Below the pieces are notes generated by a model. The model saw only the letters and a program-made list of their open reading frames with translations, was not told the DNA's origin and made no database searches. A DNA stretch of 64,000 bases from Vicugna vicugna. Taxonomy: Eukaryota. Shown here piece after piece: positions 63,855 through 64,000 of the stretch. The position numbers and the translations under genes were made by a program. Where the stretch lies: contig MU058463.1 of the NCBI GenBank assembly GCA_013265495.1, forward strand, positions 3,889,037 to 3,953,036, given 5' to 3'. Each line of letters opens with the position of its first letter. Position 1 is the first letter of the stretch.

Positions 63855-64000
63855 TAAGAGATACAAACTACTATATATAAAATCTAAAAGGTACAAGGAC
63901 ATATACTAAACACAGGAAAATAACCAATATTTTATAATAACTATAAATGTAATAAAAGCTAAAAGTTGTGAATGAGTATATTGTACACCTAGAACTTGTA
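63855..64000 (+). mobile_element. L1 3'UTR fragment in MYCBP2 intron 2
   Basis: agatacaaactactatatataaaat...caaggacatatact..acacagga...ttttataataactataaatg...tgtacacct. Confidence 0.7.

Overview
Mammalian genomic DNA, AT-rich and mostly interspersed repeats. It is most likely from a camelid, inferred from a tRNA-Ala-derived Vic-1-type SINE and the absence of recognisable Alu, B1, BovB or PRE-1 elements. The only protein-coding gene I can support is the 5' end of MYCBP2 (PAM/PHR1 E3 ubiquitin ligase) on the + strand: a CpG-island promoter at about 36.65-37.66 kb, coding exon 1 at 37318-37619, a 26,081-bp intron 1 and exon 2 at 63701-63776. Positions 1 to about 34 kb are intergenic, with decayed L1, L2, CR1/L3, MIR, MaLR/ERVL LTR and hAT-Charlie fossils. 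Almost all ORFs in the supplied track are TE fragments or chance ORFs. The most notable observations are: (1) a TSD-flanked 3.0-kb L1 that keeps its 5'UTR and ORF1 but lacks nearly all of ORF2 (half-L1/HAL1-like architecture); (2) a uORF upstream of the MYCBP2 start codon encoding ten consecutive arginines; (3) an unexplained degenerate 27-bp (9-codon) tandem array inside an exon-like minus-strand segment; (4) a second promoter-like CpG cluster about 2.5 kb upstream of MYCBP2; (5) a (TG)20 tract 45 nt after the exon 1 donor. Repeat family names come from recalled consensus sequences rather than a search, and boundaries of old repeats are approximate. No novel system is established from sequence alone.
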